Source: Bacillota bacterium (GTDB lineage Bacteria; Bacillota; Sulfobacillia; JACIYH01). Taken from it: a stretch of 64,000 nucleotides of DNA. Under the pieces are notes generated by a model, which made no database searches, was not told the origin of the DNA, and saw only the letters and a list, made by a program, of their open reading frames with translations. The position numbers were made by a program, and so were the translations under genes. The stretch's first letter is position 1. Every line of letters starts with the position of its first letter. The stretch is taken from contig JBFLXJ010000033.1 of NCBI GenBank assembly GCA_040757085.1, positions 28,751 to 92,750 on the forward strand. Reading direction: 5' to 3'. Shown piece after piece: positions 37,911 to 46,900 of this stretch.

Positions 37911-39649
37911 CAGGCCGGCACCCCTTCGGAACCGCCCAGCTGGGTCTCATATATCTTGCGGTAAAGCGGGCACGACCGGAGGAGTTCGTCGTGGCCGCCA
38001 CGGGCCACAATGCGGCCCTCATCGAGAACCACCACCAGGTCGGCAGCGCGCACGGTGGACAGGCGCTGGGCGATGATGAACGAGGTGCGGTCACGCAACA
38101 GCCGGGTGAATTCTTGCTGGATGCGGTACTCGGTCTCGGCGTCCACGCTGGAGGTGGACTCGTCGAAGAGCAGGATGCGGGCATCCATGAGAAGGGCCCG
38201 GGCGATGGCCACCCGTTGCTTCTGACCACCGGACAGTCCCACTCCCCGCTCCCCGATCACCGTGTCGTATCCCCGGGGAAGAGACATGATGAAGTCATGG
38301 ATGTGGGCGGCCCGGGCTGCCCTGATCACCTCGTCCAGCGTGGCCTCGGGGCGCCCGTACGCGATGTTCTCCCGGATGGACGCCGAAAACAGGAAGGTTT
38401 CCTGAGTCACTACTCCGATTTGCCGGCGCAGGCTGTCCAGGGTCATGTCCCGCACATCCACCCCGTCGATGAGCACGCGTCCCTCGTCCACGTCATAAAA
38501 GCGCGGGATCAGGTGGATGAGGCTGCTCTTGCCCGAACCCGTGGGCCCCAGGATCACCACCGTCTGTCCGGGCTGCACCTCCAGATCGACGTGCTCCAGG
38601 GCCCGGAATCCCGAACGGTAACGGAAGGAAACGTTCTCGAAGCGGACGTGGCCGCGGAACGGAGGCATCTTGCGGGCCCCCGGCTTCTCTCTAACCTCGG
38701 CCGGGGTATCCAGCAACTCGAACAAGCGCTGGGCGGCGGCCGTCCCCCGCGAGGCGAGGTTGACCAGGAAGCCCAGTTGCCGGATGGGTATCATGAGCTG
38801 CCCCAGGTACGAGGTGAACGCCACCAGGCCCCCGACGGTGAGCCGGCCCAGCATCACCTCCCGGCCTCCGTATCCGAGCACCAGCGCGGTGCCGGCTGCA
38901 CCCAGGAAGTTCATGTACGGTCCCCAGAATGCCTGCCCGCGCAGGGCCATCATGGTAATCTCCATGTAGCGACGGTTCTGGGCAGTGAACTTCTCCTTCT
39001 CCAGGTCCTCGCGGGCGAAGGATTGCACCACCCTGATGCCGGCCAGGCTCTCCTGCAGGTAGGCGTTCAGCACGGCCACCTGCTGGTGAATCTGGCGCCA
39101 CAGGGGACGCACCCGGCTGCCGAACTGTATCACCGCATGGACCAGGAGGGGGAAGACGGCCATGCATACCAGGGTAAGCCTCCAGTTGAGTCGCAACAGG
39201 ATGCCCAGGGTGACGATCACCTGCAACAGGCTGTTCCCCGTGCCCATGATGCCCATGGCCAGGAAGCGATTGACCGTCTCCACGTCGATGGTGAGCCGGG
39301 ACATGATCTGGCCCGTCTGGGCCTGGTCGTAAAACCCGAAGGAAAGTTGCTGCAGATGCCCGAAGAGCCGGTTGCGGAGATCGTATGTAACCCGCTGGGC
39401 CACGTATTGCATGGAATATCGCTGCAGGAACCTGGCTGCCCCCTGCGCACCCGCCACCGCCACCAGGGCAACGGCGCCCCAGGGAAGCAAGTTCCAACGC
39501 CCCTGCTCCAGGATGGCGTCCACCACCCACATGAGCACCCAGGGGGAAAGGGCGGCCACGGCGGGCACTACCAGGATCATGACCACGCCGCAGGCCAGGA
39601 GATTGCGGTACGGGCGCAAGAACGGTACCAGCCGCCGCAGCCCTCGCAT
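37910..39649 (-). CDS. ABC exporter, fused transmembrane and ATP-binding subunit (heterodimer partner A)
   Basis: A TMD is followed by Walker A GPTGSGKSS, the signature LSGGQKQRVAIARAL and Walker B LLFDESTSSVD. It overlaps partner B by the start/stop codons. Confidence 0.8.
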   Translation of the reverse strand: MRGLRRLVPFLRPYRNLLACGVVMILVVPAVAALSPWVLMWVVDAILEQGRWNLLPWGAVALVAVAGAQGAARFLQRYSMQYVAQRVTYDLRNRLFGHLQQLSFGFYDQAQTGQIMSRLTIDVETVNRFLAMGIMGTGNSLLQVIVTLGILLRLNWRLTLVCMAVFPLLVHAVIQFGSRVRPLWRQIHQQVAVLNAYLQESLAGIRVVQSFAREDLEKEKFTAQNRRYMEITMMALRGQAFWGPYMNFLGAAGTALVLGYGGREVMLGRLTVGGLVAFTSYLGQLMIPIRQLGFLVNLASRGTAAAQRLFELLDTPAEVREKPGARKMPPFRGHVRFENVSFRYRSGFRALEHVDLEVQPGQTVVILGPTGSGKSSLIHLIPRFYDVDEGRVLIDGVDVRDMTLDSLRRQIGVVTQETFLFSASIRENIAYGRPEATLDEVIRAARAAHIHDFIMSLPRGYDTVIGERGVGLSGGQKQRVAIARALLMDARILLFDESTSSVDAETEYRIQQEFTRLLRDRTSFIIAQRLSTVRAADLVVVLDEGRIVARGGHDELLRSCPLYRKIYETQLGGSEGVPA

Positions 39650-39973
39650 CTATTCCCGACCCTCCCGGCCCGGTCGCTCTCCGGGCCCGTCCCCGGTGCG
39701 TTCCCGCCCTCCCGGCTGTTCCGGGCCGGCCGGTTGCTCGAGGACACGCAGGCCCACCGCCCGCAACAGGTCCTGCAAGTACTCGGTGACCAGGTCCGCC
39801 TTGAGCAGGATCAGCCCGTTGCCGTGATGGCTTCCGAAAACCATCACCTTGTCCCCGATCTCCAGGCCCAGTTCCTTGCGCGCCTCGACCGGGATCACCA
39901 CCTGCCCGCGCTCCCCAACGGTGGATGAGCCGTAGAACCTGCCACCCGGCAGGTGCCCGACCTTCTTCCCCAA
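39650..39973 (-). CDS. AbrB/SpoVT-domain DNA-binding protein (putative regulator), first gene of the ABC exporter operon
   Basis: STVGERGQVVIPVEARKELGLEIGDKV is a swapped-hairpin AbrB/MazE-type domain. TTG start with GGTGGTGA upstream. The stop, TAG, abuts the ATG of the ABC gene. Confidence 0.55.
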   Translation of the reverse strand: MGKKVGHLPGGRFYGSSTVGERGQVVIPVEARKELGLEIGDKVMVFGSHHGNGLILLKADLVTEYLQDLLRAVGLRVLEQPAGPEQPGGRERTGDGPGERPGREGRE

Positions 39974-39997
39974 GACAAATCACCACCGGATACGAAA

Positions 39998-40053
39998 AGT
40001 ACGATGGATCATCTCCATCGTACCCATTATACCCGGCAGCAAACGGTAAGTTA
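39998..40053 (-). promoter_or_regulatory. putative sigma-A promoter (TTAACT-17-TATAAT) with a perfect 9-bp inverted-repeat operator just downstream of the -10
   Basis: Minus-strand reading gives TTAACT (40053-40048), a 17-nt spacer, TATAAT (40030-40025), then GTACGATGG-N7-CCATCGTAC (40022-39998). Confidence 0.45.
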
Positions 40054-40063
40054 ACCCCCCAGG

Positions 40064-41497
40064 CTACCGCCGGGAGACCAGGGCCGGGTCCACGTAACCT
40101 ACCGTACCGCTTTGCCCCACCAGCAACAGGCCCTCCTGGCCCGTATCCTCGGGGTCAAAGAAGTACACGGACCGAAGGGGGTCCCCCAGTTCGGGAAAGC
40201 TCAGCCGCCGCACCCTGTAGACACCCGGGCGGAACCAGGCAGCCATCCCCCGTGAAGGGGTCCATTCCACGACCGCCACGTCGTTCCCCTCCGGGTGCAC
40301 GCCCGCCAGGGTACCCGCGGCGGAAGCCACCGCCGTCCCGGGCCGGAAGATGGGTGCCGGCAGCCGCCGCCAGCGCAACTGGCCGTCCCGCCCCTCCCCC
40401 AGATAGGACACCTCTTGCTGCCCCGCTCGCACCGCCAGATACACGGTGAGGCCCCTGTCACCCCGGCACGCCGCCAGGTCCAGCACGTCGGGATGCTCGG
40501 GCGCCAGGTAGGGCCGCCCACCCACCCCCTCGAAACTCAGGCTTCCCTGCTGCCAGGCAAGCAACCACACCTGAACCTCGTAACCGCCCCTCTGCCGCAG
40601 GGCGCCTGCGGCGAGCAGGGTCGTCACCGTGCCACCCCCCGGTACCGGGCACAGGCGGTGCACCTGGGCGGGCAAGCTGAGGGCAGCCGGGTCCCCGTTC
40701 AGCCGCAAGCCCCCCTGGGAATCCACCCACAGGGCCACGGGAGTCTCTTTCCCAGGCAGCAGTACCAGACTGCCCGCCCGGCCGGCGGCGGGCAGCAGGT
40801 TCTCCCCGCCCACGAGCGAACCTCCCACGTAGCGCCACACCCTGCCCGTGGCCGTCACCACCACGGCCTGTCCGGATACCTCGCCCGCATAGGTCAGGGG
40901 TTCGGAAAAGCGGACCTCTTCCATTTCCGGCACTGCGGTCAGGCCCGCCGGCTCCGCCGTCCCCCGCGCCCAGACGGTGTTCCCGTCCTCCTTCGCCAGT
41001 GCGGACCGTGCCTGGGCAGCCGCCGGCGTGCCCAGCACGCGAAGCAGGCGCACGCGGGCAGGCGCTGTTTTGGCGTAGTAACTTGCCTGGGCCTTCCCTT
41101 CCGGCGCCGGGGCCAACCCGGCGCGACCTGCAACAGCCTCATCGCGCACGGACGGTACAGGAGCACGGGCGGTCAGGACCAAGCCTCCCTGGCCCCCGGG
41201 ATCCTCCACCACCGGTGGCACCTGGGCCCGCAGGTCGACCACCACACCCCCCAGCATGACCAGGATTGCGGCTGCAACCGCCGCCACCCGGAGGGCGCGT
41301 ACCACCCGGCGTCGCCCCTCGCGGGCCACAATGGCCGGCACCTGAGCCAGCACGCGGCGCCGCATGGTAACATCGAAAACCAGGTCCGGGGGCACCAGCC
41401 CGTCGGCCCATACCCGCATGTGCTCAAGGAGTTCCTCGCACGAACCCGAGCAGGGGCTCTCAATCTTCCTGAATTCCTGGCCCCGCTCCCCCATCAT
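40064..41497 (-). CDS. anti-sigma factor with a zf-HC2-like N-terminus and a large (~350 aa) extracytoplasmic domain
   Basis: An ATG at 41497 overlaps the sigma stop as ATGA. The N-terminus MMGERGQEFRKIESPCSGSCEELLEH has the H/C signature. One TM segment, ALRVAAVAAAILVMLGGVVV, is present. Confidence 0.55.
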   Translation of the reverse strand: MMGERGQEFRKIESPCSGSCEELLEHMRVWADGLVPPDLVFDVTMRRRVLAQVPAIVAREGRRRVVRALRVAAVAAAILVMLGGVVVDLRAQVPPVVEDPGGQGGLVLTARAPVPSVRDEAVAGRAGLAPAPEGKAQASYYAKTAPARVRLLRVLGTPAAAQARSALAKEDGNTVWARGTAEPAGLTAVPEMEEVRFSEPLTYAGEVSGQAVVVTATGRVWRYVGGSLVGGENLLPAAGRAGSLVLLPGKETPVALWVDSQGGLRLNGDPAALSLPAQVHRLCPVPGGGTVTTLLAAGALRQRGGYEVQVWLLAWQQGSLSFEGVGGRPYLAPEHPDVLDLAACRGDRGLTVYLAVRAGQQEVSYLGEGRDGQLRWRRLPAPIFRPGTAVASAAGTLAGVHPEGNDVAVVEWTPSRGMAAWFRPGVYRVRRLSFPELGDPLRSVYFFDPEDTGQEGLLLVGQSGTVGYVDPALVSRR

Positions 41498-42066
41498 GAG
41501 GTCCAGCCCTCTTTCTCCAGCAGGGTCTTGAGCATCAACCTGGCCCGGTGCAACCGGGATCGTATCGTGGCGGGAACTACCCCCATGGCCCGGGCGATCT
41601 CCACGGTGTCGTAGCCACTCCAGTAGTGCAACATGACCACGTCCCTGTATACGGGCGGCAACCTTCTCACCATGGCAAGCATCCGCTGCTGCTGCACCCG
41701 GCGCCATCCCCCCTCCCCGTCCTCTCCCACGGCAGGAAGGGGATCTGCCAGCAGCATGGTCCGGCCGGCCGTCCGCCGCCGGTCACGACACAGGTTGAGA
41801 CAAATGCGACCCAGCCAGGCCCCCAATTGACATTCTCCCCTGAACTGACCCCCCTTCGCCAGGGCCCGCAGGAACGTTTCCTGGGCCACGTCTTCCGCCT
41901 CGTGACGGTCTCCCAGAGTAAGGTACGCCAGGCGCAGGATATAGTCGCCGTACCGCTGCATAGCCTGCTCCACTGCCCGGGCGGGATCACACCGGTACAC
42001 CCTCAGCCATTCCGCCGCCTCGGGCACCATCTTCCCGCCCGCTCCCGGCGCGCCGTTCCTACTCAT
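41494..42066 (-). CDS. ECF-type RNA polymerase sigma factor
   Basis: Region 2 reads DVAQETFLRALAK. Region 4 reads TVEIARAMGVVPATIRSRLHRARLML. The ATG at 42030 may be the true start if the predicted ECF promoter at 42070-42096 is real. Confidence 0.75.
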   Translation of the reverse strand: MSRNGAPGAGGKMVPEAAEWLRVYRCDPARAVEQAMQRYGDYILRLAYLTLGDRHEAEDVAQETFLRALAKGGQFRGECQLGAWLGRICLNLCRDRRRTAGRTMLLADPLPAVGEDGEGGWRRVQQQRMLAMVRRLPPVYRDVVMLHYWSGYDTVEIARAMGVVPATIRSRLHRARLMLKTLLEKEGWTS

Positions 42067-42358
42067 AATGACGCCTCGCGACGCACTAACGTTGCAGATG
42101 CACCCCAAGCGCAGCAGGGCACCGCTACCCCCTAGCCCGGAATAACAGGGCGCTGCTGCCCAGCCGCCCGGACCTGCCAGCCTAACCAGTTCTTCTCGGG
42201 GGGCCCCGTTTCCTCCGTCGCTGTGCAACGCTTGCCCCAGCCGGCCCGTCTATACATCGGGTGGCAGGCAACCCGGCCTACCGGCAAACGATCCGCCCCG
42301 CAGCCCTGTACCGGTGGCCGCTACCTGCTATCGGACTGCAGGTTCCGGCCTGGCACCC

Positions 42359-42432
42359 GCAAGAAAGGCGCAGCAGTACCGGAGGACAACCGGCGCCCCG
42401 CCAACCCTCCGGTGCCGCCCGCGCCTTCTTGC
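42359..42432. other. nested inverted-repeat (structured RNA candidate) between the radical SAM stop and the ECF sigma gene
   Basis: The outer stem pairs GCAAGAAAGGCGC (42359-42371) with GCGCCTTCTTGC (42421-42432), 12 bp with one bulge. The inner stem pairs CCGGAGG (42379-42385) with CCTCCGG (42406-42412). No U-tract sits on either strand. Confidence 0.4.
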
Positions 42433-42444
42433 TCCTGTGCACCT

Positions 42445-43884
42445 TCACGAGCGGCCGCGCAAATCGGCCAGGTGGCCACGCAGGTAAAAACGGGGATTGA
42501 GGCTACACCTGACGCCCGAAGCGATACGCCAAATGTGGGGCAGGGACACCCGGCCCGCCATCACGTTCCGCAATAGGATGAACAGGTTGGGGATCAGGTA
42601 CCAACTGCTGCGCACGGCAGTACGGTAAAGCGACGTGAACTCCCGATAAAAATCCTCCAGCTTGAGCCGGGTTGGGATAACGCTGTGGAACAGGTCGTAC
42701 AACTCGTAGTTAGTGGTGATCAGGCGGTCTCTCCACTTGCGGTAAAGCTCGGTTCCCGGCAGGGGAGTCAGCACGGCAATGGAGGGCGCCGAAATCCGGT
42801 ACTTGCGCAGAAACGCACGCAGCTTTTCGAACTGACGGTGGGTGTAATCCGGATCCACGATGAAGGACGGGGTCACGGCTATTCCCAGGCGCCGTAACAC
42901 GTCCAGGGCTCGCACGTTGTTTTCCACCGTATTCTTCTTGTTCAGGACGTGCAGTTCTTCGTCATCCACCTTTTCCATGCCGATGAACACCCGGTACAGC
43001 CCGACTTCCTTCCACAGGCGCAGGAGGTCGGGGTGCTTGACCACCGTGTCGCTCCGGGCCTGGACGGTATAGCGGTGGCGGATGCGGTTACGCTTCAACT
43101 CCTGGGCGATGGCTTCCGCCCGCGGGACGCTCAGCAGGAAGTTGTCATCGGTGATAAGGACATACTCTTCCCGCACCCCATCCAGTTCCTCCGCCACCCG
43201 GGCCGGACTCTTGACCCGGACCGTTCCCCGGTAGAACTTCCAGACCGAGCAAAAGGTGCACCGGTAGGGGCAGCCCCGGGCCGTTTCCACCGAGGCCATG
43301 GGTTTTTGCAGACCCAGGTAGTAGAACCGGCGGTAAGGAGCCGTCAGTTGACGGGCCACCGGAGACAGATCATCCAGGGCCGCCGGGGGCCTTTCGCCCG
43401 TCCACACCTGTCCCGAGGAGGTGTTCAGCACCAGGCCCGATACGTCCCGCAGGCACCCGCCGCGGGCCACCGTGTCCACCAACTCCCGGGCCGTGAGTTC
43501 ACCCTCGCCCACCACCACGGCGTCCACCTCGGTCCCGGAGAAGTCTTCCGGACAAAGGGAGGCGTGGTGCCCGCCCACGAACACGAAGCAATCGGGCCGC
43601 CGTTCCTTCACCCGCCGTGCCACCGCTCTGGTGCGGTAAACGTCCATGGTAAACCCGCAGCTGATCCCGCACAGTTGGGGTTCGAACTCTGCCAGGGCGC
43701 GATCGAGCCACCGCGGCGCCAAAAGGTCCACCAGGTTCACCTCGTGAGGGGGACCCCAGCGCCGGTCAAGGAGGGCCCCGGCCACTGCCTCCAGACCCAG
43801 CGGCTCCACCACCGCAGTACTTCCGAAGCCCACCCCCCCCGCGGGGCGGGGCTGTACCAGCAGGACTCTCGCCACCTGCACCAC
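42445..43884 (-). CDS. B12-binding domain-containing radical SAM protein
   Basis: An N-terminal Rossmann-like B12-binding region is followed by the CxxxCxxC cluster (CPYRCTFC). It lies 29 nt downstream of nrdJ. Confidence 0.75.
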   Translation of the reverse strand: MVQVARVLLVQPRPAGGVGFGSTAVVEPLGLEAVAGALLDRRWGPPHEVNLVDLLAPRWLDRALAEFEPQLCGISCGFTMDVYRTRAVARRVKERRPDCFVFVGGHHASLCPEDFSGTEVDAVVVGEGELTARELVDTVARGGCLRDVSGLVLNTSSGQVWTGERPPAALDDLSPVARQLTAPYRRFYYLGLQKPMASVETARGCPYRCTFCSVWKFYRGTVRVKSPARVAEELDGVREEYVLITDDNFLLSVPRAEAIAQELKRNRIRHRYTVQARSDTVVKHPDLLRLWKEVGLYRVFIGMEKVDDEELHVLNKKNTVENNVRALDVLRRLGIAVTPSFIVDPDYTHRQFEKLRAFLRKYRISAPSIAVLTPLPGTELYRKWRDRLITTNYELYDLFHSVIPTRLKLEDFYREFTSLYRTAVRSSWYLIPNLFILLRNVMAGRVSLPHIWRIASGVRCSLNPRFYLRGHLADLRGRS

Positions 43885-43913
43885 CCCCTGCTAGTTTGCA
43901 CGACGCAGCCCGG

Positions 43914-46900
43914 TTAGCCGCAACGGGAGAAACCGCAGAAATGGCAGACCAGGCACCCGCTTTCGTGAGTGAGGTGGCCACCGCACTCGGGGCAGGCACC
44001 CATGTGGTTGTCGACGGGATCGAGACTCACTGCCATCTGATCCCAGGAATGCTGGCCGACACTGCCGGGGTTGGGAGAAATGCTCTCCCGGGCCGTATTC
44101 TCTCGGGCCGCAGCCTTCCGTTTCAGATAGCGCTCCAGCACAATGCCGATGGCGTCCGGGCAGGAAAGCACCATTCCACCGCCTTCCACCCAGGCAGGCG
44201 ACGGGCAGCGGATGCCCCGCAATTCCTTCACGACAGACTCCGGCCGGACTCCCGAACGCAACGCCAGCGATATGAGCCGGGCCACCGCCTCGGACTGGGA
44301 TGACGCACAGCCGCCCGACTTGCCCATGGAGGCGAACACCTCGCACAGGCCGTACTCGTCCTCATTGATGGTCACGTACAGGTTCCCGCAGCCCGTCCTT
44401 ATGCGCTCGGTGCTGCCGTGGGTGACCGATGGCCTGGCCCTTGGCGTAATCCCTCCCCGGCCCCCCGCAGGCGCCGCCGCAAGCCGGGGCTCTGCCGCGC
44501 CTTCCCGCACCACCGGGCCGACGGCCGGGCGCTCTTCCGCGCTCTCTCCCCCGGCTCGCACGGGCTCCTCGGGCGCCACACGCACCTGGCCCGGAACACC
44601 GCCCGAAACAGCCTGAGAGCGCCCGAGTTCCGCCTGCCGCGGCAGCTCCCCGGGCGGCTCCTCTCCCTTCCGCACCGTGCCCACGTTCAGCACCTGCTCC
44701 TCCCGACTCCGGTCACGATATATGGTCACGCCCTTGCACCCCAGTTCGTACGCCAGGAAGTAAACCTTCGCCACGTCCTCGCGCGTGGCCTCGTTGCACA
44801 TATTCACCGTCTTGGAGACGGCATTGTCCGTGTGCGTCTGAAAAGCGGCCTGCATGCGGATGTGCCATTCGGGATCGATCTGCAGGGCGGTGACGAACAC
44901 CCGCTGCCACCGCTCGGGGACGCCGGGTAGCCCCCGGACCGAGCCGCGCTCCGCCACCAGCCGCATCAGCTCCGGGCTGTAAAACCCCTCTCTCCTGGCC
45001 ACTTCCTCGAAGATCGGGTTGACTTCGACCAGTTGCTGGCCTTCCAAAACCTTGCGGAAGAAGGCCAGGGCGAACAGGGGCTCGATACCGGAAGAGCAAC
45101 CCGCGATGATGCTGATGGTGCCCGTGGGTGCAATAGTGGTGAGGGTGGCGTTCCGCACGGGAGGACCGTCCCGGAACACGCTGTGGGAGAAATTTGGAAA
45201 CGCCCCCCGTTCCCGTGCCAGCTGGCGAGTTGCCTCCCGTGCCTCGCGGTGGATGAACCCCATCACCTCGTCAGCCAGGCGCAGTGCCTCGGAGGAATCG
45301 TAGGGGATCCCCAGCTTGATGAGCATGTCCGCCCAGCCCATCACGCCCAGGCCGATCTTGCGGTTGCCCCGGGCCATCTTTTCGATTTCGGGCAGGGGGT
45401 ATTTGTTTGCGTCTATGATGTTATCCAGAAAACGGACGCCCAGACGGGTAATCCGGGAAAGCTCATCCCAATCTATCGCCTCCCTGGCGTAGGCCAGCAG
45501 TTCCTCGCCCCTCAAATCCCAAACCCGCAGTTTTTCCCATGACTCCGCGCCCGGCCTCACCGCAAGCGAAAGGTTGATGGACCCCAGGCAGCACGCCTCG
45601 TACGGGAGCAGAGGTTGCTCCCCGCAGTTGTGGGCACATATCCCGTTGGCGTCAAAGGCGTTGACGCCGGGGACCCGCACGTCGTAGACCTCCTCGACAC
45701 CGTCCTCCTTGACCGCCAGGACGGTGGCCACGAACCGCTCGCGGTTCAACGTGCGCCGGCAGGCACGGAGGAGCAATGCGAGCTTCCGCGCCTTGACGCT
45801 ATCGCCAAAGCCAATCCGTTCCGCAAACACGGCCACGTTATCGCCGCTGATGACTAACTCGTGCCGGGTCGTGCCCCTGTACTCTCTGGCCCGTCCTTTG
45901 CCATCCGGCATCAGCCGGGCAGCAGGCGGCCGCCGCTCCTCATGGATGGTGCTCACCATGCCCAGCCTGAGCAGCATGCGCTGGACCAAACGCAAAAGAT
46001 CAAGGCTGCTCTGGGACAGGCGGATGCTCACGCCCTTTTCCTGGCTCCCCTGGACCGAGCCGGCGCAGTCAAAGAGGCCGCGCAGGAAGCCCCGGTAGCC
46101 CTCTGACGAAGCGCGTTCGATCTCCGGGGAAACCGCCTTGGCGCCCGGACGCATCCCCATCCGCCCCGCCAGCACCTCCAAAGCAGCCGAATTGAGGCGG
46201 AAGTCCCCGCAACCGGTGAGCGGTACCCACCCGGTGAAGTCCATGCGGTGCGGCACTGCCTCCGCGCACCCCAGCGCAAGCCGCATGGCCGCGGACGCTC
46301 CCCCATGCGCGGGCGGGCCGTCGACCGCTTCCCACACCGCTCCCCCTCCTGCCGCCACGCCGCCAGACGCTTCCTCCCCGGAGCACACAGCCAGGACAGC
46401 TGCATTTTTCTTGAGCACTCCGTCGCCGGCCAGCAGGCCGAGCAGATAACCCTCACCCTCGCTCAACTCTCCGGTCCAGCCGGGAAGCGACCGATGGTCG
46501 TGCAGGACGATCCGGTCGCCGGGCTTGAGTTCCCCCGCCCTGACCCACTCGCAGCCAATACGGTAGCGCGCACGGTCGACCAAGCGCAGGACCCGATGGT
46601 CGGCGGTGAGCCGGACGCTGTACCCCTCCCGGGTGGATAGCCTCACGACCGGCCTGGTCGCTGTCCTGAAAAAGCCCTCTTTCCCGGTCTTGTAGCACAC
46701 GCCGTTGATAACTGCTTCGAAAGGCCGGCCCACCAGTTCCCGCACCTGGCGCGGGCCTTCACCCGTCATCACCCAGGTATCACCGGTGACACAGGGGTTG
46801 GTGCTCTCGATCTCGCCCAGTTCGGGGGTGGGGTTGTCCCGGTTCAGGCGATCCAGAAAGACGATGCCCGGCTCCCCGTTCCGCCACGCCCCCTCCACGA

